This document shows positions 55,891-64,000 of a stretch of 64,000 nt of DNA, in pieces; the first letter of the stretch is position 1, and every line of letters starts with the position of its first letter. The notes beneath the pieces were generated by a model. It was not told the DNA's origin. It did no database searches and saw nothing but the letters and a program-made list of their open reading frames with translations. The DNA comes from Bugula neritina (lineage: Eukaryota > Animalia > Bryozoa), in contig OZ037773.1 of NCBI GenBank assembly GCA_964035545.1, positions 1,145,751 to 1,209,750 of the forward strand. Reading direction: 5' to 3'. The position numbers and the translations under genes are program-made.

Positions 55891-58432
55891 TATATGGGAT
55901 TTATACCATTAAGTGTAGAATTCTACATTATCTAAAGATATTAAGTCTCTGGAAATGCTGCAGCACAGGGCGGTTAGGTTTATTGCTGAATTTAAAAGAC
56001 GAGAAAGTGTCACCGAGGCATGGTCTTAGCTTGGCCTTCAGTCTCTCAAACAGAAACGCAGGACTCACCAACTAAATCTCCTCATGAAGATTATGTAAGA
56101 AGAAGAACAACACTCAATATTGGGGTTTATTATCATTACTAATAGTAATACTAATAGTAATACTAATAGTAATACTATTATTAATAGCATTACTATTAGT
56201 ATTGTTATTAGTATAACTATAACTATAACATTAACTTAAATAAACTAATACTATTACTATTAGTATTAGTATTAGTATTACTATTACTATTAGTATTAGT
56301 ATAAGTATTAGTATTACAGATTCAGAGTACTTACTATTATTAGTATTATCGTCAGTATGAGAGCAACAATAACAATAAAAATACCAATTTTCAATTGATT
56401 ATTATTATAAATAATGCAATGATGGCCTTACGTTCAGTTTTGTTGAATTCAATTTAGTTTTACGTTCAATGGCTCAACATGTCCTTAGCAATAGAAATAC
56501 AACTTTCATTTTCAAATAAACAGAGTTTAAAGCGAAAATCTACAACATTTACCGAAGTTCTAAGCTTTATAACGGGGGTGTGCAAAAATACTTTCGTCAA
56601 TGTATATTATATTACGAAAATATTATTGTGTAGAAATCTGCAGAAAGTAAAAATCCTTGACTCGGTTGAGTTTATGTTCTTCTTTAGGTTTCAAAGCAAA
56701 TCTTGTCCAAGTCCAAGGCCAAGTCCGATGAAGAGCAACAAAATACGTCGTGATTGTAAAACTAAAAGTAAATGTTATACTAATACTAATAGTATTACTA
56801 TTAGTAATACCAATTATATATTATAATTATTACTAATTTACCATGTCTAATATTAATAGTAAAAGACAGAGTGAAGGACGGGGCTAGTTTATAATACTAA
56901 TAGTAATACTAATAGCATAAAATAAAAATATTAATAATTTTTCTGCAACAAAATGAACATAAAATTAAATAATGTGTTTATCATTATGATTATGATAATC
57001 GTTACGCCGTTACGATTATAATTATCAACTAATACTATTTTCACTTTGACTTTCGCTTTGGTAGAACTAGAAACTCAATCTAGAGTTGTAGAAAGCTATA
57101 GCATATACTATTACTTAATACTTATACTTATAGTTATACAGTATAACTTATACTTATACTAAACTTATAGTAAATCACTAAATGTAAGTTAATAAATGTA
57201 ATACTAATACTAATAGTTATAGTAATACTAATAGACGTAGTATTACTATTAGTTATAAAATTTATTATTAAAGTTTAAGTTATACTATCACTTAATCTTA
57301 TACTCAATCTCACACTTCAAGTTTATAGTCATACGGGTATAAAATTAAATACTCATGTCTCATAGTCATACTCATAATCATACTCATAGTGATACTAACA
57401 CAGTCACACTGTTAGACTTAGTGATACAATACCCTCAACTTATAGTGATACTCATAGTCATAGCGACAAACTCATACTGATACTGGTACTCGTGCTGATA
57501 CTGATTGTCATAAGCCACAATGACAATCATGAATCATAAGACTTAAATTTAAAATAACTCTAAGTTTAAGTCATACTGATACTCTCAATCAAACTTAATC
57601 ACAATGTCATACTAAGAGTAATACTTCATAGTCATAGTGATACTAATCTGATACTCTAATAGTCGTACTGCGCTGCAGCTGACAGTAGCTGAGTTACTCT
57701 AAGTTTCAACTTTATTTTTAATCCCTTAAATTTTAAGTCAATCTAGTGGCTAGTAGTAATAGTAGTAGTAGTAACACTAACTCACTGCATTATGATTTAT
57801 TTATTTTCAAATTATATACTTATAGTGACACTAATGTTCTACTAAAATACTTAGACCTATAGACCAGGCCTAGCAGTATTACTAATAAGCAGTACGAGAA
57901 GCTATTTTAAGTTATACCAATACAGACAATACTATAATATAAAAAATAATATCATCATCATAGATAATTATTAGTTAAGTATATACTCTAATTATAGTTG
58001 GTAGCTATAAGAATAAATTGTTGAACAAAAATTATTTTGTAAAATAGTTTTTTTTTTAAATTTGCAGAACCAGCTTACTCAGTTCAGTGCATAGTAAAAA
58101 ACTACCTCAAGCTTAGCAGGTGTAGGCAAAAATTACAAAATTAAATTAAAGCATTGCATAATGATAATAAGCTGCAGGGCATAGGAATTATGGGAGACAA
58201 TAACATAGGGTAACTAGTTTGAACAAATTATACACATATTGCAATTAGCAAAATGTGAACTAGCAAGTAATTTTAATATAAATTTGTAAAGTTGAACTTG
58301 TAGCCTAAATTAGTAACCACAGGCTAAGCTTTACAGTTGTAGATGTTTAATATGAATGTCAGTATGAAACTGACATCTCAGTGACTAGTACTATCAGTAT
58401 CACTTTGAGTACCACAGCTACTCACTCACTCA

Positions 58433-58606
58433 CGTGAGAAATCCCTGATGAAAGGGTTTTTTGTTAAATCAGGCTAAGGACTTATTCACATAGGGCACAG
58501 CAGCAATTATGACTGAACGCTCTTCTTAACATTACCAATGCCCTTTACTAGCTTTCGAACCCATGGCTCCGTGTTAAGTAAGCCAAACCCTCTAACAGCT
58601 GCTTCC
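58433..58606 (-). mobile_element. tRNA-derived SINE
   Basis: Aligns with 5067-5260 (gtgagaaatccctgatg...taaggactta...ctcttc.taacat.accaatg). Confidence 0.8.
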
Positions 58607-59133
58607 TTTGACTATCACAGTTACTGCTGTTTGTATAAACACTTACTATTTTAGGGTTAATACTCTTTTTATGATAAAATTGATATCACTTGCTCATAAC
58701 TATAGTAATAATAGTGTGGCACTCTTTATTATATTATTACAAATAGTCAGAGTTGAAATCATGCTTTTGCTATGTGTATATATCAATACTAATCATTTAG
58801 TATAAAATAGTATGAAATAGCCTATATTACAAACACTAAAAATCTTTTAGTATAATTACAGTGAGTTGCCGTTTAAAATTTCGGACATGTTGTACTGCAA
58901 TAGCTTGTAAATTCTAGAGACTAATGATATTTAAATTTTATATAAACTTAGGTGAAAGGTAATTAAAATTTTTTGAATAATACAAATAGTAATTCAAATT
59001 TCTGTTTCATCTACTTCATATAAGTATCTGCTTGAATTTGCAACTCTATATTATGTGTTTGTATTTCACAGTGGAAGTAATTGAGAAAATTTTTCCTGTG
59101 TTTAATTTTAATTTTGAACTTGTAGAGTAAGAT

Positions 59134-60115
59134 ATGGCTCGGAAATCAGCCGCTTCTATCTCAGAAATGATCCGAAATATCAGACATACGCTAGCTGTCA
59201 CAAGGCATGTAAACCGCACACCTAAAGTTCACGTTGGAACAGATATAAATGGAAACAGATATTTTAAACAAGCCGGTAAATATTAATGTGTTGGCATGTT
59301 TATCTGCTCATAGAAAACTTGATAGGTCAAGTACAAGACTACTGGTTCAGCCAATGCATTGGAATGGACAAATTAAATATAAAAATTAATAACTTTGAAA
59401 TGATTTCTCACAACTTTTGCAAGCTGTTGCTGTTGATAGGATGCAATCTTACACTCTGATGACAATAAACATTTAGTATTTACATATGTAACACTGCTAA
59501 TACTAATAAACGCTCATACTAGTAATTGTCTTCTTTGTTATGTCTAATTATCAAGAGCGGATAACTTTCAATATGCTGTACTGATATTTTTATCAGAATA
59601 CCCACAATCCCTTTTCTGTTCCTTTTCCTGTTCTTTCTCTTATTCCTTATAAGTAAAACAAAATGGTCTTGTGAACTACAACTCTACTTATTTCATCCCA
59701 ATATTTAACATTAGTAAGATGGCATCAGCCTCCAGTTCAACAGTTGCATTGCAAACTCTAGTTTACAGACTTTCTACTTTTTTATCTGAATTCGGTAAGA
59801 TTATGTGTGTTTACAGGAAGTGATGTAATCGGGGTAAAAGAAAGAAGGTGGATAGACTCGGCTAATGCAGATTCATCATTTGTACCCAGGGTTCCTATTG
59901 AGTGGGACTCGTGGCTACGGGGACGCCGGAGTGACCCACCCACAGAGCAAGAAGCAGCTGCTGTTGCTCAAAGACTTGAAGTTGGCAGACGTATGGCTGA
60001 GCGAGAGGCAGAGAAGACATCTGACACCGGCTTCACAGACCCAACGAAGAAGGTGCCTTTCCCTCGCTATGGTGACATGAAAGTCAACTCATTTGGCCGA
60101 CATGAGACGGAGTGA
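59134..60115 (+). CDS. NDUFAF2: NADH dehydrogenase complex I assembly factor 2 (mimitin, NDUFA12 family; ~146 aa; exons 59134-59275, 59817-60115)
   Basis: VGTDINGNRYF and VPIEWDSWLRGRRSDPPTEQE motifs. The intron is phase 1. Confidence 0.88.
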
Positions 60116-60996
60116 AATGATTCAAATAAACTTTGTTTCCTCTTGTTTCTGCTCAGAGATGATTTGGGTGCTTTTGTATGTGATAGTAGTAACTGTTCAG
60201 GTTATATTACAACAATTTTGATACTTCCATTCACTTAGAAGCTAAATACGCTGTCAATAGAAATTTAAGCTTTCTAAGTTAGTTGGTTTTATAGTTTGTA
60301 TTATGAACTCTGTCAAGATAAAAAAAACTGAGACCACATCAGATGTGCACATTTACTTTTGTACGTGTAGCCATATCGTTGTTAATAATCTGTTAGAAAG
60401 CAGGACAAGTTTAGTAAACTTTTTGTTCATCTTGTCAACAAATTCTGAGTAAAGCGCGACATTGTCATTCTTACTAACTGATGACTCATGTACTGGGTTG
60501 GTGTTAGTCAATACTTTACTCTCATGTGTCAATTAGTGGAATGTTTTTAAATATATCAATTATGTAAGTTATTTTATTTTAAAGTTTCAATATATATTAC
60601 CACACACGCACACACATGCACGTACACATGAATATTATATTTACAACAGCTCGTGTTTGGTTCTTTCACGTAAATAATTTACAAAACATATATCTATAAT
60701 CATTCAAACATATTTAATGTAACATAAGTTATAATATGAGCTCAAAGCTTATCTTCAATGGATTTCTAAGGTTATCAAAATCCAAAAAGACACAGCAAAC
60801 AAATTGAAGATTTCATTTTATAGACTCTCAAGGTGCTTTCCCTGTTGGGGGGGGGGCAACCTGGTCCATTCTTGTATGTTATCTTTCTGCGGCATTTCAT
60901 CTGCTTCCCTCTCCTAATACAGTGCTTTTCATGATGGTCTTGTGGCATGCACTTACTGTTTCATGTTTTGTTAAAAATATTGAGGTCATGGCGGCG

Positions 60997-62520
60997 CTAA
61001 TAGCCCTACAAACACGACTTGGTTTGTTGTATAGTCTTTGAGCATAATACCAAATAAAAGTCTCGTTTCAAAGGTTTCCATTTGTCTTAATTTCCATGAT
61101 CCATATACAGCTGCCTATACCTGCTCATCAGCTAGAGGAAGCAAATCCTTGCCCAACCCTAATGAAACATACATGTAATTCAAAGCTGTTTTAAGAATGA
61201 TCCAGGAAATTAAATTATGCCTGCAGTTATTTTATTGGTTTCATCCCACTTAGATGATTCCCACTTGCGGAGGATTTTTTTTATTTTGGTACAATATATT
61301 ATATAGTAATATACAAATATAACTGTTGCATTTACTGCTAAACATGAAATAAGCTACCAAGCCAGCTATTTGCCTTAACTCAATACTAATTTAGCTACAG
61401 TTTATTTTATTCAGAATAACAGCTGGAATAACAGAATAAAATGCACAAATGCATTTCATGGTATATCACATGCTGCTATATTACAACTTTTTCTTATATA
61501 ATATTTTGTCTACCTTTTACCTTTAAGTTTAAGGTTTGTGCAAGATGGCTTCTTATAGAAGCTTTGTTACTGTAAGTGACTTGCTGGTGGCTTCTTTGTT
61601 TTCTATTATGTGCTAAATAGTAGAATAAAATACATATAATACACTAAAATCGATAAAAATCGTCTAAATAGGAATTGTTCAAGTGGAATGACACCATTTA
61701 ATTATACATGGCTTGTGCAATGCTCCAATACCATGTGTTATCTTGAGTGCAAGTTGCTCAGTCTAAAGTTTACATACACGTACAAGGAACATTTTTGCAA
61801 TGAACAGGTTAATAATAGAAGCTACTGTCAAAGATGATCTATAAGATATGTTTCATTAACAATTAGACAACAATTACTTGTCATCACTAGCTGTGAACTA
61901 ATAAATAATATGCAACGTTAATTAAGTGGGTTAGATAAAGAGTTGTGACTTGTTTGTAAAATCTCATCACACAGAATGTCTTATTCCACCTTGCCTGTCC
62001 ACAATTTCTGCTTCAAACTTTCAATAGTGTGCTGAATAGTTGGTACAGTATTCCTATGTTGATGGGGGGACAACTCTGAAACAGGAGCTGTACACTGCAG
62101 TAAATTAAGTTGCTTTTGCTGGATAAGGATATATGGTGATTATTGAGCTCTCTAGCTGCGACAATAAGTTAAACTGTCTGACATCACACAACTTAGAGAT
62201 ACTTAAGCACCAGGTTCAAATTCTCACTTATTGAATATGCTTTGGTATAAATACTAACGACTGCCATTGCAAAGTTGTGTTGATGAGGGGACAAACCTTG
62301 AATCAGCTGCTGCACTCAGATAGGAGAGATTGTGTGCGTACTACAACGTCACGAACACATATATAAATATTTGTATAATTCGGCAACCAGCAGGCTGACT
62401 GAACTATGCTGAATATCACTGAGTCACTAAGATACAAGACCTTATGTTTGGCAGCCTTTGCATTGTTTTGCATCAGATTGAAAGATTGTAGTTGTGGTTG
62501 AAAATTTGTGTGTGCCATAG
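60997..62520 (-). CDS. Possible 3' exons of an unidentified gene entering from the right
   Basis: Short phase-compatible AG/GT-bounded open segments near 62094-61994, 61612-61514 and 61158-61121 (..LGKDLLPLADEQ|GY*). No recognisable motif. Confidence 0.3.
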
Positions 62521-62689
62521 ATATGTGCTAATTTGGAAAATACACAAATGGGAATAAAAATAATTTATTTTCTGAAATTTCAAGAATTTTTCATAACCTA
62601 AAACTGTGGCAGTGCTGGAAGCGGGCTCAATGTTAAAATAAAAAGATTATTTTGTAATGGCAATCAATTTAACATCCATACTTGCAGGA

Positions 62690-63820
62690 CTATACTGTAC
62701 TATATACTAGACTATGCTATACTATGTTATACTATACTGTAATATACTATACTGTAATATACTATATACTATACTATACTATGCTATACTATACTATTCT
62801 ATACAACACTAATGCACATGTATTACACCATCTGGTATACTGTAATATACTAGACTATGCTATATACTATTCTATATACTATTCTACAGAATACTTACCA
62901 TGCTTACTATATTTCTTACTTGTACACACTTACTAGACAGTTAATTATGTTAAAGAGGAAAGCTGAACACTCTTTTTGTTGTATTGTGTTTTGGCCTATA
63001 TTTTAGGAGATAAAAGTTTCATTTCATCAAAAGTTATTTATACCTGAATGCTTTCTTTCTATTCTTTATGCTAACATGCAGAGAAGATTCTTCGTCAGCC
63101 ACCACTAACTATCCTCATACTTGTCCGCCTACAAATCTAAAAGGCTCATCCAATGCATAAGTTCCAGTTATTATTCAGTATAACCTCTGCTGGCGTACAT
63201 ACACTGCATATAATAATAAATTATATCTTTGCTGCTGGTACAGCTCTGTCACACAGCTCATGCTATACGGAGTATTGTTTATTGAAGAAATGTAAAGTAA
63301 GGGTAAGAGTACTTTTATTATGCTTTTAAGTTTGTTTTTATTTCAAGGTCAGGTTCTGCTTGTAACCTATGTATGTACTATACTTATACTTACTCTACCA
63401 TACTATACTGTGCTATACTGTGCTATACTGTGCTTGTAACCTATATGTATGTACTGTAATAGTGACTCAGCATACTATACTTATACTTATACTCTACCAT
63501 GCTATACTGTGCTATACTGTGCTATACTACACTATACTATACTACACTATACTACGCTATACTACGCTATACTACGCTATACTACGCTATACTACGCTAT
63601 ACTACGCTATACTACGCTACGCTACGCTACGCTACGCTACGCTACGCTACGCTACGCTATGCTATGCTATGCTATGCTATACTATGCTATACTATGCTAT
63701 ACTATGCTATACTATATTATATACTATACTATAGACTATGCTATACTATACTATAGACTATGCTATACTGTGCTATACTATACTATAGACTATGCTATGC
63801 TATACTCTGTTATACTATAT
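62690..63820. repeat. Pentamer satellites (TATAC/TACGC/TATGC) in two blocks, 62690-62890 and 63370-63820
   Basis: Read directly from the sequence. They account for the Y/T/L-rich ORFs. Confidence 0.93.
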
Positions 63821-64000
63821 AGGGGTAATGGGGCACAACGGGCCAATTTTTGAGTTTTTTGCTTTCCATCGGCTGTTTTTCAAGTTACTAGTTCAATAAT
63901 ATCTAGTCTAAATGCTGCATCTGTTGTCTATTACAAGTATCAGTTTGTTGTTTCTATCTCTCTCACAACTTTCAGAATAATGAACTTTTCATGACAAAAA

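Noticed and set aside
63369-63853. Tyr-rich ORFs
   Set aside because: Translations of the pentamer satellite.

Overview
AT-rich, intron-containing eukaryotic (metazoan invertebrate-like) genomic DNA. There are no prokaryotic features such as operons or CRISPR arrays. Spliced gene models were built by hand from GT/AG boundaries and reading-frame phase. Recognisable genes are two tandem SLC46-like MFS transporters, gephyrin (16 coding exons), a GPI-anchored Ly6/three-finger protein, CLHC1, an aldo-keto reductase, a ZDHHC palmitoyltransferase and NDUFAF2. The last six form three head-to-head pairs. The window also holds tRNA-derived SINEs, several MITEs, a LINE RT relic and many micro- and minisatellites. 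The most interesting item is a three-member gene family that the ORF track only shows in fragments (2852-4565 +, 6263-8481 -, 18842-20853 +). Each member encodes a small N-terminally anchored precursor with basic convertase-type sites and a conserved C-x7-C ... C ... C-x7-C framework that I cannot assign to a known family. The family is interleaved with the duplicated SLC46 transporters.
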